Shown here piece after piece: positions 10,473 to 20,341 of a stretch of 64,000 bases of DNA. Location of the stretch: contig JAHPZH010000002.1 in assembly GCA_019058315.1 (NCBI GenBank), positions 576,001 through 640,000 of the forward strand, written 5' to 3'. Numbering within the stretch: the first letter of the stretch is position 1; each line of letters opens with the position of its first letter. The stretch is from Candidatus Helarchaeota archaeon. GTDB lineage: Archaea > Asgardarchaeota > Lokiarchaeia > Helarchaeales > RDOG01. The position numbers were made by a program, and so were the translations under genes. The notes under the pieces are model-generated. The model saw nothing but the letters and a program-made list of their open reading frames with translations. It was not told the DNA's origin and made no database searches.

Positions 10473-11492
10473 TCATTTTTCAATTGTAAATTTTAAAAAT
10501 GCATCTTCTAAGCTTGGGGTAATTGATTTAAATTCAGAGATTTTATATTTTGAGATTACATCCATTAGTGTTGGTAGATTTTCTTCGAAATGGAATTGAA
10601 CTTCAATCCGATTTTCAGCTATCTGTTTAATATGTTCAATAAATTCTAAATTGTTTAATTCATTAGTTAGTTTAGCTATATCCTTAGTTTCAATTTGATA
10701 AATAAAACTAGATAACACACTATGTCTAAGTTTTTCAGGAGTATCAATTGCAATAATATTTCCTTGTTTTAATAATGCTATTCGTGAACAAACATCATTG
10801 GCAACTTCCATATTATGAGTTGTAATGATAATCGTTTTCTCCATTTCTTTTAATAATATTCTGATAAACCTAGAATTCTCTGGATCTAATCCCAAAGTCG
10901 GTTCATCTAGAATAAGGATTTCTGGGTCGTGAATAAGTGCCCTTGCTAGTGCTAATTTTGATTTCATTCCTAATGAATAATTCTCTACATATTGATTTTT
11001 CCAATTAGTTAAATCAACCAAATCTAAAAGTTCGTTAATTCGTTCGTTATAATTAAGAATATTATAAATCTTGCAATAATATTTTAAATTATCATACCCA
11101 GTTAATCGATAATAGATCATTGTATTACCAAACATAGTTCCTGTCATTGATTGAATTTTGAAAAAATTTTTACTTACATCTTTATTATCTATTATAATTG
11201 AACCCGATGTAGGTTCTAATAAACCACAAAGAATTTTTACTATGGTTGTCTTACCTGCTCCATTTGGTCCTAATATACCAAAAATTTCATTTCTCATAAC
11301 TTCAAAACTTACATTTTTAACAGCCAAAAAATCTTGATATACTGGCAATATAAGATTTCTAATAGACCCTTTGTCCTTCTTTATTTTATAATATTTTGTT
11401 ATGTTTCTAACATCAATAAATACATTTGACATAGTTCTAATATCCATGAATTCCGTATTTTTTCCAAATATTATTAAATAAGAATACGCCAA
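10473..11492 (-). CDS. ABC transporter ATP-binding protein (DrrA/CcmA-like)
   Basis: GPNGAGKTT, YSLGMK, ILILDEPT and TTHN. The real start is probably MSNVF (ATG ~11432). Confidence 0.93.
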   Translation of the reverse strand: MAYSYLIIFGKNTEFMDIRTMSNVFIDVRNITKYYKIKKDKGSIRNLILPVYQDFLAVKNVSFEVMRNEIFGILGPNGAGKTTIVKILCGLLEPTSGSIIIDNKDVSKNFFKIQSMTGTMFGNTMIYYRLTGYDNLKYYCKIYNILNYNERINELLDLVDLTNWKNQYVENYSLGMKSKLALARALIHDPEILILDEPTLGLDPENSRFIRILLKEMEKTIIITTHNMEVANDVCSRIALLKQGNIIAIDTPEKLRHSVLSSFIYQIETKDIAKLTNELNNLEFIEHIKQIAENRIEVQFHFEENLPTLMDVISKYKISEFKSITPSLEDAFLKFTIEK

Positions 11493-12345
11493 GAAAAACC
11501 ATGACTATTGAAAAAATAACTATATATACAATTGAAAAAATGATATTTGGACTATAAATTCCAAAATACACATTTTGAGCTAAGCTAACTCCATGATAGA
11601 ATGGATTCAAAAATATTATAGGTTGTAGGAAATCTGGGAAAAATTCAAAGGGTATACTATAACAACTCAAAAATAGTATAATAAATTGTATAAGTTCAAA
11701 TATTGCACGATAACTTTCAGTTGAAATAAAAACAGCCCCCTTCATCAATCCTATCCCTGCTGATGCAATAATCATTAAACATGCTATTAAAAATACAAAA
11801 ATTATCTGAATAAATGAAACAGGAACAATCAGGTAACTAATAATTATTAATAAAATAAAAAATAACAGAGATTCAAATAATGTTATAAGAATAAAGCCAA
11901 ATAACAATATATATCGATTAACCGGTGCTAAGATAATTCCTTGAATTGTGTTCCAAAATTTTTCTAATTGAAATCGCTCTATAAATGCGTTAAATCCATT
12001 TCTTGAAAAAACAAAAACAACATTACCTATTAATAACCAAGATAAATAATTTGACTGATTAAAAGATGAAAGGAAATTTGCTTCAATAAATTCATATAAA
12101 TAGTAATAGTAAATTACGCTATTTGGCTCATATTGATATGCTAAATATATGTTTATTAATGAAAATATATTGGGGTTCTGGGTAAAAAATATACCTGCAT
12201 ATAGAATTACAAATGGAATTATTGATACAAAAGGTTTTATAAGTGTTCTAGTGAAGAAATAGATTGGAAACCGTAATTTAAGCTTAAATTCTTTTTCTGA
12301 GATTCCAATTGTTTTTCTATAAATTCTATTTAATCTTTGTAACAT
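11437..12345 (-). CDS. ABC-2 type permease
   Basis: About six hydrophobic helices; GIILAPVNR and FLPD...NPFYHGV motifs; directly upstream of the ATPase. Confidence 0.85.
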   Translation of the reverse strand: MLQRLNRIYRKTIGISEKEFKLKLRFPIYFFTRTLIKPFVSIIPFVILYAGIFFTQNPNIFSLINIYLAYQYEPNSVIYYYYLYEFIEANFLSSFNQSNYLSWLLIGNVVFVFSRNGFNAFIERFQLEKFWNTIQGIILAPVNRYILLFGFILITLFESLLFFILLIIISYLIVPVSFIQIIFVFLIACLMIIASAGIGLMKGAVFISTESYRAIFELIQFIILFLSCYSIPFEFFPDFLQPIIFLNPFYHGVSLAQNVYFGIYSPNIIFSIVYIVIFSIVMVFLGVFLFNNIWKKYGIHGY

Positions 12346-12533
12346 TAAACTTAACCCAATGTTTGATTATTTTTTATTTGTAAAGTATTCTATTTTTTTT
12401 TTTGGTATGTGTATTGAATTAAGAAAACTTAAAAATCTAATAAGAAATTGAAATAAATAAAATTTTATCAATAATTTCGTAAGAAATGTAGATATTTGAA
12501 TTTTAAAGTTTTACTCAAACCGGAGATTTAAAA

Positions 12534-13859
12534 ATGGAAATAAAAAATATTGGAATTGTCGGTTTAGGGTATGTCGGATTAACAACTGGAGTTGGCTTCG
12601 CTTTTAAAGGATACAATGTGATAGGTATTGATATAAATAAAACAAATGTTGAAAGAATTAATTCGGGTGAAGTTACTTTTTATGAACCAGGTTTGGCAGA
12701 ATTGCTTAAAAAAATGATAGAGAAACAGAAATTCAAAGCCAGTGTTAATATTAATGATCTTTTAATTTGTGAAGTTATTTTTATTTGTGTAGGCACTCCT
12801 CCAAAAGAAACTGGTGCTAGTGACTTAAATCAAATTGAAAGTGCGGCAATTGAAATAGGTAAAATATTACAGAAAATGAATAAGAATCCAATAATTATTA
12901 CCAAAAGTACTGTTCCACCCGGTACAACACAAACAGTAGTATTACCTTTATTAGAAAAATATTCTGGAAAAAAAGTTGGAAGAGATTTTTCCATTGCAAT
13001 GTCTCCGGAATTTTTAAAAGAAGGGAATGCATTAAACGATTTTCTTCATCCTGACCGTACAATATTTGGAGCATATGATGATAAAACATCAAAAATTTTA
13101 TATGATTTCTTTAAAATTTTTGATAATCCAATCTTTGCTGTTAAAAATATCTCCACTGCTGAAATGATTAAATATATAAATAACGCATTTTTGAGCACAA
13201 AAATATCATTCATCAATGAGATAGCAAATATTTGTAGGCTAATTGAAAATGTAGATGTAACTGATATTGCAAAAGGTATAGGAATGGATGAAAGAATAAG
13301 TGAAAAATTTCTTAGAGCAGGTTGTGGATTTGGGGGCTCGTGTTATCCTAAAGATGTAAAAGCTATAATTGCTTTTGCGAAAGGTAGAGGATATTCTCCT
13401 TTATTATTATCATCTGTTTTAGAAGTAAATGAAAATCAAGCTCAAATTACTGTAGATATCTTAAAAAACGCCCTTCCGGATTTAAGCAATAAAAAAATCT
13501 CTATATTAGGGTTAGCATTTAAGCCTGAAACTTCTGATATGCGTGAAGCATGTTCGCTTAGGATAATTAATATTCTTAAACAAGAAAAAAATGCAGAAAT
13601 AACTGTTTATGATCCTAAAGCAATGGAAGAAGCACGAAAAATCTTAGGTAATACAGTACACTTTACAAATTCTATTGAAGAATGCATTGAAGGAGCTGAT
13701 GCATGCATTATCGTAACCGAATGGGATGAATTTAAACCTTTAAAACCAGAGTTTTTTCTAAAACATATGAAAAATCCCCTCATTATTGATAGTAGAAAAA
13801 TTTATGATCATGAGAAATTTTCTAAAGTTCTATCTTATTACGAAATAGGACGACTTTAA
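12534..13859 (+). CDS. ugd: UDP-glucose 6-dehydrogenase
   Basis: GLGYVG, KSTVPPGT, PEFLKEG, EMIKY, GFGGSCYPKD and GLAFKP motifs. Confidence 0.92.
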   Translation: MEIKNIGIVGLGYVGLTTGVGFAFKGYNVIGIDINKTNVERINSGEVTFYEPGLAELLKKMIEKQKFKASVNINDLLICEVIFICVGTPPKETGASDLNQIESAAIEIGKILQKMNKNPIIITKSTVPPGTTQTVVLPLLEKYSGKKVGRDFSIAMSPEFLKEGNALNDFLHPDRTIFGAYDDKTSKILYDFFKIFDNPIFAVKNISTAEMIKYINNAFLSTKISFINEIANICRLIENVDVTDIAKGIGMDERISEKFLRAGCGFGGSCYPKDVKAIIAFAKGRGYSPLLLSSVLEVNENQAQITVDILKNALPDLSNKKISILGLAFKPETSDMREACSLRIINILKQEKNAEITVYDPKAMEEARKILGNTVHFTNSIEECIEGADACIIVTEWDEFKPLKPEFFLKHMKNPLIIDSRKIYDHEKFSKVLSYYEIGRL

Positions 13860-14452
13860 TCTCTGTTCCTAATAACTCTACACGGATTTCCATAAGCTAC
13901 TACATTTTTGGGAATATTTTTCGTCACAATTGAACCAGCACCAATAAGTGAGTGTTCTCCAATCTCAATCCCTGGTAATATAATAGATCCTGCACCAATT
14001 GCGCAATTTTTTCTAAAAATAGGACCTTTTAAAAGATTTTTATCTGTAACTGGGGGATATTTATCATTTGTAGTAATTACACATGGTCCAATAAATACCC
14101 CGATTTCAATTTTTACTCCCCATGTAATATAAACTCCACTTTGAATATTAACATTATTTCCTATGATACAATTTCCATCTACAATGCTATTGGTGCCAAT
14201 TAAAACATTATCTCCAATATTTGTCTTCTCTCTAATCATTACATTATGGCCAGTTTTGAAATTTTTTCCAATTTTTACCTCCCCATAAATTTTAGAACCG
14301 CTTCTTATCAATAATTTTTCCCCAATTTTTAATCCTTTATCATTAATCCCCAATTCCACATTATTTCCAATAATGGATTTATCATTTAATTTCACATTTT
14401 TATGAATTATGACATTTTTTCCCTTTTCAATGGAATTTTTCATATTAATCAT
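13856..14452 (-). CDS. Left-handed beta-helix sugar N-acetyltransferase (WxcM/WbpD-like)
   Basis: Hexapeptide repeats; FIGPCVITTNDKYP and IGAGSIVTKNIP...GNP motifs. Confidence 0.88.
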   Translation of the reverse strand: MINMKNSIEKGKNVIIHKNVKLNDKSIIGNNVELGINDKGLKIGEKLLIRSGSKIYGEVKIGKNFKTGHNVMIREKTNIGDNVLIGTNSIVDGNCIIGNNVNIQSGVYITWGVKIEIGVFIGPCVITTNDKYPPVTDKNLLKGPIFRKNCAIGAGSIILPGIEIGEHSLIGAGSIVTKNIPKNVVAYGNPCRVIRNRD

Positions 14453-14553
14453 CCAATTTGAGAATAAATAAGTATTTTAGGTTATCTTGACTTTAAAATT
14501 TAAGATTTTTGAAACATGAAATTATTAGTTTATTTAGTTGATAAAAGAAAAAA

Positions 14554-15024
14554 TTATTTGAGAAGTGATTCATCCGCATATGCTTCTAGAATTTCTCCGA
14601 AATAAAGACGATGGGAACAAATAGACCCTGATTCTGCTTCATGAATAATTTTACACTCGTAATTTATCATTGCTTCAGCTATTATGGGAACATCTATGAT
14701 TTTTGCTGGTTCTAAAGTTAAACCCGCCATTTCAATTTTATCTGTAGTTCTACCAGAATAAGAACCAGCAATGGATACAGCTGATCGAATTTTTGGTGAT
14801 GGAACATTCAATGAAAATTCCTTGACTTCTCCTAATAATGAAAAAGAATAGCGACTCGGAGCTACTGCAATTACACAAACAGGATCTCCCCATAAATTAC
14901 CAATGGTTTTCCAATCCAAAGCCATCATATTAGTTTTTCCTTCTTTAGATTGTGTGACTAGAAGCGCAGTTTTACTAACAGTTATGTTCGCTAATTGGAA
15001 AGGATCAATTTTTACTTTCTTCAT
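14554..15024 (-). CDS. Flavin reductase-like FMN-binding split-barrel protein
   Basis: NMMALDW, RYSFSLL...EFSLNVP, SGRTTDK, ECKI and HRLYFGEI. I prefer ATG 15024 over the track start 15069. Confidence 0.85.
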   Translation of the reverse strand: MKKVKIDPFQLANITVSKTALLVTQSKEGKTNMMALDWKTIGNLWGDPVCVIAVAPSRYSFSLLGEVKEFSLNVPSPKIRSAVSIAGSYSGRTTDKIEMAGLTLEPAKIIDVPIIAEAMINYECKIIHEAESGSICSHRLYFGEILEAYADESLLK

Positions 15025-15074
15025 AAGTAACTTATAAAGGAAGATATAATTATAAAATAATTTGATCAATTGAT

Positions 15075-15284
15075 TTGGAATCGATGATTTTGGTAAAGTT
15101 AGTAATTAACTATGATAAATGCACAGGTTGCGGAACTTGCGTCGAAACTTGCCCTGTAAATGTATATAAAATAGATGAAGACAAAGGAAAAACAAAAATT
15201 GTTGCTATTAATGAATGTCTCGATTGTAAAGCATGCGAAGTTCAATGTCCAGAAGAATGTATCGAAGTTATTTCTGAAGATTAA
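15075..15284 (+). CDS. 2x[4Fe-4S] ferredoxin
   Basis: CTGCGTCVETCP and CLDCKACEVQCP motifs. Start may be 15084 or 15090. Confidence 0.95.
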   Translation: MESMILVKLVINYDKCTGCGTCVETCPVNVYKIDEDKGKTKIVAINECLDCKACEVQCPEECIEVISED

Positions 15285-15328
15285 TTTATTTGTTTAATTT
15301 TTTATTCAATATTTAAAAAACCGTTCAA

Positions 15329-15336
15329 TTTATAAA
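15329..15336 (+). promoter_or_regulatory. Candidate TATA box for the tRNA
   Basis: TTTATAAA about 45 nt upstream of the mature tRNA 5' end. Weak evidence in AT-rich DNA. Confidence 0.3.
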
Positions 15337-15376
15337 GAATATTTAATTTATGAAAAATATAAAAATACCAAGAACT

Positions 15377-15507
15377 AGCCCGGTGGTGTAGCGGCCAAGC
15401 ATATAGGGCTTTGGTAGATTTAGTGAACATTAGATCTGGAGAAACCCTGCGACCCCAGTTCGAAAAGCTGAAAAATATTCAGTTCGAAAATCTGGGCCGG
15501 GCTACCA
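15377..15507 (+). tRNA. tRNA-Gln(UUG) with two BHB introns (15415-15443 at 37/38; 15465-15490 at 59/60), CCA encoded
   Basis: Acceptor AGCCCGG/CCGGGCT-A-CCA; anticodon stem TAGGG/CCCTG with loop CT-TTG-G^A; T stem CCCAG/CTGGG with loop TTCGAA^T. Both inserts fold into strict BHB motifs. Confidence 0.95.
15456..15490 (+). repeat. 11-bp direct repeat CAGTTCGAAAA (15456-15466 and 15480-15490) spanning the T-loop intron
   Basis: Read directly from the sequence. Confidence 0.9.
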
Positions 15508-15616
15508 ATTAATTATTTTCATTTATTTTTTTTAATTTATCAATAAGATGTGAAAAAAAATCTTTAGCTTTAAAATTTACAAAAAATTTTAAAGGTCCGC
15601 ATATAAACAAATTATA

Positions 15617-16531
15617 ATGAACCGTTTAAAGAGTAAATTAAAAAAATTTGAATGGGTACTATCTAATCCTTTTACTAAATTAAAACTTTATTCATTAAAA
15701 TCTAGTTCAATAAAAAAAATAATATATATTTTAATTGAAACTTATAATAAAAACAGAATTTTAACCCGAATGAAAGACCTTTTAAAAAGCAAATCGTTCA
15801 CAAAAAAGGCATTGGCGGTACTTGATAATGAATTAAGTGTTCATAGTTTATCAAGTATCGGTGAAAGTAAACCTAAAAGATTTCAAGGAGATGTCAAATT
15901 AAGCTATTTAATCGATAGAATAATAAAATTTTTTAATATTTCATCTTTTATCGAAACTGGAACTCACTTAGGGGGAACTTCATCAGTAATGGCAATTTTA
16001 CATCCAAATTTACAAATATTTACATGTGAAATAAATAGAAATTTCTATAAAATAGCAAAGGAGGGGCTTAAAAAATATAAAAATGTTTATATTGAAAATA
16101 AAAATTCTAAATCTTTTTTATTAGAATTGATTAAAAATAAAAAAATATCAGATGTTCCATTGTTATTTCTCGATGCTCATTGGTATGATTTTACACCACT
16201 TCAAATCGAGGTAAAAGTAATTTCTTCAAAAGTGAATAAAGCAATTTATGTTATTCATGATTTTGAGGTTCCTAATAAACCCGAATACCATTACGATATT
16301 CAGAGAAGATCAAGTAAAAACCCAATTGCATGTAATCTTGCTCTTATAAAAAATAATTTTAAATCTAGAAATCAATACAATCTTTTATTTCCGAATTATG
16401 GTAAAAGCAACTCAAATTTATCTAGACTAATTGGATACGTTGTAATTTTTCAAAATCTTTCAACATTATTTAATAAATTTTTAAATATTAAATATATTCA
16501 AAATAATTTTTTTGAATATAAGGAATTTTGA
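15617..16531 (+). CDS. Class I SAM-dependent methyltransferase-like protein
   Basis: FIETGTHLG, FTCEI, FLDAHW and VIHDF motifs. Confidence 0.7.
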   Translation: MNRLKSKLKKFEWVLSNPFTKLKLYSLKSSSIKKIIYILIETYNKNRILTRMKDLLKSKSFTKKALAVLDNELSVHSLSSIGESKPKRFQGDVKLSYLIDRIIKFFNISSFIETGTHLGGTSSVMAILHPNLQIFTCEINRNFYKIAKEGLKKYKNVYIENKNSKSFLLELIKNKKISDVPLLFLDAHWYDFTPLQIEVKVISSKVNKAIYVIHDFEVPNKPEYHYDIQRRSSKNPIACNLALIKNNFKSRNQYNLLFPNYGKSNSNLSRLIGYVVIFQNLSTLFNKFLNIKYIQNNFFEYKEF

Positions 16532-16552
16532 AATACAAATTTTACTTTAAAA

Positions 16553-17278
16553 TTAGCGATTAAAAACCAAATTACAATTTGGACATATTATATCCTTAAC
16601 TTCGAGTGTTTCAAAGCCATGACCACATTTAGGGCATATTAAATAATTTTCTAAATTGAATGGTTCTGCCTTTAATAAAACGTCTTCTTCAATCTTATCC
16701 TTCCATTTTTGAAGAAATTCTTTTTCATGCTTTACTTTTCGTATTTCATCAGGGAGCATTTGAGGAATTGTTTCAATAATCGGATACCATCTATTACATT
16801 TTCTACAAGTCATAATTCCTTCTTCAATTTCTGCAAAAAATAAGAACCAATTTAATAAATAAATATTAAATTTAAGTTTCTCGAAAATATTAGGCTGTTT
16901 TTCTATTCCACTATTATTTTTATACTCAATAATTTTATTGAACAAATCATTTTTAATTAAATCTAAAATTTTACTCGATTTTGTATTTGACTTATCTTCA
17001 ATGGATAAAATATCGTCATAAATTTTATCAAGTTCCTTAATATAATCGGATAGAGGTTTTTCTGACCGTGAAATGTAGTCTTTCACTTTAATTTCGTTCT
17101 CAATTTTTAAAACTTTAATTTGTATATCTTTTTTTAGGTCCTCAATTTTTTTTTCTTCAATTATACTTTCTAAATGTTTGAATTTATCGCTATCTGTCTC
17201 CCATTTAAAAATTTTTAATTGTAATGGAAAAAATTTACAAATAGGACAAGCTAATAGACTGAGTAGACCCGATTTCAA
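16553..17278 (-). CDS. trm112: Trm112-family methyltransferase activator with a large insertion and an extra C-terminal Zn ribbon
   Basis: LLACPICKFFPL...EIEEGIMTCRKCNRWYPIIETIPQMLPDE, plus CPKC...CPNC at the C-terminus. Confidence 0.85.
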   Translation of the reverse strand: MKSGLLSLLACPICKFFPLQLKIFKWETDSDKFKHLESIIEEKKIEDLKKDIQIKVLKIENEIKVKDYISRSEKPLSDYIKELDKIYDDILSIEDKSNTKSSKILDLIKNDLFNKIIEYKNNSGIEKQPNIFEKLKFNIYLLNWFLFFAEIEEGIMTCRKCNRWYPIIETIPQMLPDEIRKVKHEKEFLQKWKDKIEEDVLLKAEPFNLENYLICPKCGHGFETLEVKDIICPNCNLVFNR

Positions 17279-17335
17279 TAGTAATTCCTCAAAAAATTAT
17301 GTCAAATATAATTTTATTTCTTAAATATAATAAAT

Positions 17336-18481
17336 TTATTTTTTATTTTTGAAAAATATTTCATCTGCTGCTTTGACTCCTTTTCCAAGATTTTTCAAAA
17401 ATCCTAATTGGCTTAAAGCTAACTCAATTAGAGATAAAGTTACTAATATTTCCCTTTCCGTAACAACATTCATATGGGCGATCCTAAATATCTTACCCTT
17501 TATTTTACCTTGACCACCAGCGATTAATACTCCCTTATCTTGAATGGCTTTTCGAAATTCTTCATCTTTTATGCTATTAGGATAGCTGACAGCTGTTACT
17601 GTATTTGAAGCAAATTTTTCATCTGCAAATAAATCTAACCCTATAGCTTTAATTCCTTCTCTTGTTGCTTTACCCATGATTCTGTGCCGTTTAACTCGAT
17701 TTTCAAATCCTTCCTCTTCAATCATCAAGAGAGATTCGTGTAATGCATAAATATGCGGGATAGAAGGAGTAAATGGCATATGATCTTCCCTATATTTTAA
17801 GAGATTTAAATAATATGACGGAATAAATTTCCTAGATTCAATAATTTCCCATGCTCTTGGTCCAACCATAATCATACCCAAACCTGGAGGGATACCCACA
17901 CATTTTTGACTTCCTCCAGCTAAAATATCAAAATTCCATTTGTCTGGATAAACATAATCTCCACCAACAGAAGTTACTCCATCAACAATTAGTATTTTAT
18001 CATATTCTCTTGCCACTTTTCCGATTTCTTCTGCTGGATTTAAAATTCCAGTAGAGGTTTCATTATGGCATATGGTTATAAATTTTATATCCTTATTTTT
18101 TTCTAGACTCCTCGCAATATCTTCTCCTCTTACAGCTTTTCCCCATTCAATATTTAGAACTATTGATTCTCCTCCATAAGCTTTTGTTAATTCCAACCAT
18201 CGTTCTGAAAATTTACCTTGAACTACATTTAATACTTTATCTCCTGGTGAAACAACGTTAGCAATAGCTGAATCCATAGCTGAAGTTGAAGAGCCAGTAA
18301 GTAGAAATACCTCGTTTTTAGTTTGGATTAGTTTTTTAAACATATTTATTGTTTCTTCAAAAAACTCCTCGAATTCCGGAGTTCTATGTCCAATTAGAGG
18401 TCTAGAAAAAGCCTCATATATTCTCGGATGCATAAATACTGGACCAGGTATCATTAATAAAGGTGGATTGTCATGTTTCAT
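17336..18481 (-). CDS. Class V PLP aminotransferase (serine-pyruvate/alanine-glyoxylate family)
   Basis: LMIPGP, GHRT, HNETSTG, VDGVTS, GSQK and FRIAHM motifs. Confidence 0.93.
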   Translation of the reverse strand: MKHDNPPLLMIPGPVFMHPRIYEAFSRPLIGHRTPEFEEFFEETINMFKKLIQTKNEVFLLTGSSTSAMDSAIANVVSPGDKVLNVVQGKFSERWLELTKAYGGESIVLNIEWGKAVRGEDIARSLEKNKDIKFITICHNETSTGILNPAEEIGKVAREYDKILIVDGVTSVGGDYVYPDKWNFDILAGGSQKCVGIPPGLGMIMVGPRAWEIIESRKFIPSYYLNLLKYREDHMPFTPSIPHIYALHESLLMIEEEGFENRVKRHRIMGKATREGIKAIGLDLFADEKFASNTVTAVSYPNSIKDEEFRKAIQDKGVLIAGGQGKIKGKIFRIAHMNVVTEREILVTLSLIELALSQLGFLKNLGKGVKAADEIFFKNKK

Positions 18482-18629
18482 CTGATATTCTCCATTATTT
18501 AGGTATTTTAAATGGATTATATAATAAAAAGAATTTTATAAATCTTCTTTCATTCCATTCAAATTAGTTAAAATATATTTTATGGTTTGATTTTGAATAT
18601 TGTAATTAAATCCAAATCTAATTTAAAAG

Positions 18630-19448
18630 TTGAGAACTTGGATGAAACGGCGAATTATAACACTATTAACAGATTTTGGTCTTCAAGATCCTTATGTATC
18701 TGTTATGAAAGGTGTAATACTAACAATCTGTCCTACTGCCGAAATTGTTGATATTTCCCACCAAATAGGGAAATTTAATATTCGTGAAGCGGCTTTTAAA
18801 TTGGCTTTTACTGCAAAATATTTTGAGCCAAATACAATTCACTTAGTTGTAGTTGATCCAGGTGTGGGGAGTTCTCGAAAATCTCTGATAATATCAACAG
18901 AAAATTATTTTTTTATCGGTCCCGATAATGGAGTTCTTTCATTAGCAGCGGAAAAAGACGGGATTAAACGAATTATAGAAATAACCAATGAAGATTTATT
19001 TCTTAAACCTGTTTCTAATACGTTCCATGGGCGAGATATTTTTGCACCAGTTGCTGCACATGTAGCAAATCATATTCCATTAAATAAAATCGGTTCTGAT
19101 AGGAATGAGATGATTAAATTGTCTCTCACAAAAGCTGCTATGATTAGTAATGAAATTTTTGGTGAAGTGTTATATACTGATGGATTTGGAAACATAGTCA
19201 CGAATATTAATTCTGATTTGCTTAAGAAATTAAATATTTCTCATAAAACCAAAATGGAAATAGAAATAAAAGCAAAGTTAGAGAATATTATACTATGCAA
19301 CTCCTATAATGAAGTAAAAAAAGGAGAATTACTTGGAATAATTGGATCTAGTGGTAATCTAGAAATATCAGCTAACCAAAAAAGCGCAGCAAATTTATTA
19401 AATGCCGAAATTAATGATAAAATTAGAGTTAGAGTATTTAAAGTTTGA
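18630..19448 (+). CDS. SAM hydroxide adenosyltransferase (DUF62, chlorinase/fluorinase family)
   Basis: TLLTDFG, VVDPGVG, GPDNG, TFHGRDIF and DGFGN motifs. Confidence 0.93.
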   Translation: MRTWMKRRIITLLTDFGLQDPYVSVMKGVILTICPTAEIVDISHQIGKFNIREAAFKLAFTAKYFEPNTIHLVVVDPGVGSSRKSLIISTENYFFIGPDNGVLSLAAEKDGIKRIIEITNEDLFLKPVSNTFHGRDIFAPVAAHVANHIPLNKIGSDRNEMIKLSLTKAAMISNEIFGEVLYTDGFGNIVTNINSDLLKKLNISHKTKMEIEIKAKLENIILCNSYNEVKKGELLGIIGSSGNLEISANQKSAANLLNAEINDKIRVRVFKV

Positions 19449-19965
19449 GCTTTGTCTCGCCTATCGCTTTAATTCTTTCTACTCCCCCAATATCCTTAAT
19501 AAATTCGGCAACAGATGAAGGTACTGATTCCTCCCAAGGTTTTCCTTCTATTATTGCTGTCCGTATTAATGTAGCAGTGTATTTTTTTCTCTCAAAAAGT
19601 TTTACTTCTCCTATTTTAAAACCACTTTCAGTAAGTAATCTCCTTACTAGAGGATTATTTGAAAAAACAATTTGAAAAGAAGGAGTTAAAGATACTAAAT
19701 GAGCAACCCATATTCGATTATCATTAGTATCTGGAACTGGAATGAGATAATATCTATTTGGATCAATATTATTTTCATCTAGGGCTTTTTTAACAAAAGT
19801 AATCCGCTCTCCTGCCGTAAATGGATTACTAAAAGAATGACTACACTGCGCACTGCCTATAACAATTATAAGTTCATCGACTTGTTTTAGAATTTCTTTT
19901 ATTGCTTTAATGTGACCTTTATGAATAGGCTGAAATCTTCCAATAAATACTCCTCGTTTTACCAT
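19438..19965 (-). CDS. nadM: Nicotinamide-nucleotide adenylyltransferase
   Basis: FIGRFQPIHKGH, GSAQ, NPFTAGER and ATLIR motifs. Confidence 0.95.
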   Translation of the reverse strand: MVKRGVFIGRFQPIHKGHIKAIKEILKQVDELIIVIGSAQCSHSFSNPFTAGERITFVKKALDENNIDPNRYYLIPVPDTNDNRIWVAHLVSLTPSFQIVFSNNPLVRRLLTESGFKIGEVKLFERKKYTATLIRTAIIEGKPWEESVPSSVAEFIKDIGGVERIKAIGETKLKL

Positions 19966-19993
19966 TTTGACAATTATCCTGTTAATTAAGGGG

Positions 19994-20335
19994 TTATTTC
20001 AATAATATAACTTTAGAAACTAAATATTTGTTTAAATTAATTTTACCATTATTAATTTCAACATTTTCGTTTCTTAATAATTTTTCCTTATTTTCTGGTC
20101 CCGAGGCAAAACCACCAATTTTTCCATCACTTCTAACAACTCTGTGACATGGTACTTTTATAGGATATGGATTTTTATTCAAAGCATTACCCACAGCTCT
20201 GTATGACTGATTTCCAATTACTTCTGCAATCAAACCATACGTTGCAACTTTCCCTTTTGGGATTTTTTGTGTAATTTTATATACTTTCTTTTGAAATTCT
20301 GTTAGTTTGCTAAAATCAAGCCCCATTTTATTCAC
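19994..20335 (-). CDS. ogt: O6-methylguanine-DNA methyltransferase (short form)
   Basis: IPKGKVATYG, RAVGNAL and PCHRVV with the active Cys. Confidence 0.93.
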   Translation of the reverse strand: MNKMGLDFSKLTEFQKKVYKITQKIPKGKVATYGLIAEVIGNQSYRAVGNALNKNPYPIKVPCHRVVRSDGKIGGFASGPENKEKLLRNENVEINNGKINLNKYLVSKVILLK

Positions 20336-20341
20336 TTAATA

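Noticed and set aside
15508-16531. AT-rich methyltransferase gene after the tRNA as an integrated element
   Set aside because: No integrase, and I saw no duplicated tRNA 3' end (att site) in the window.
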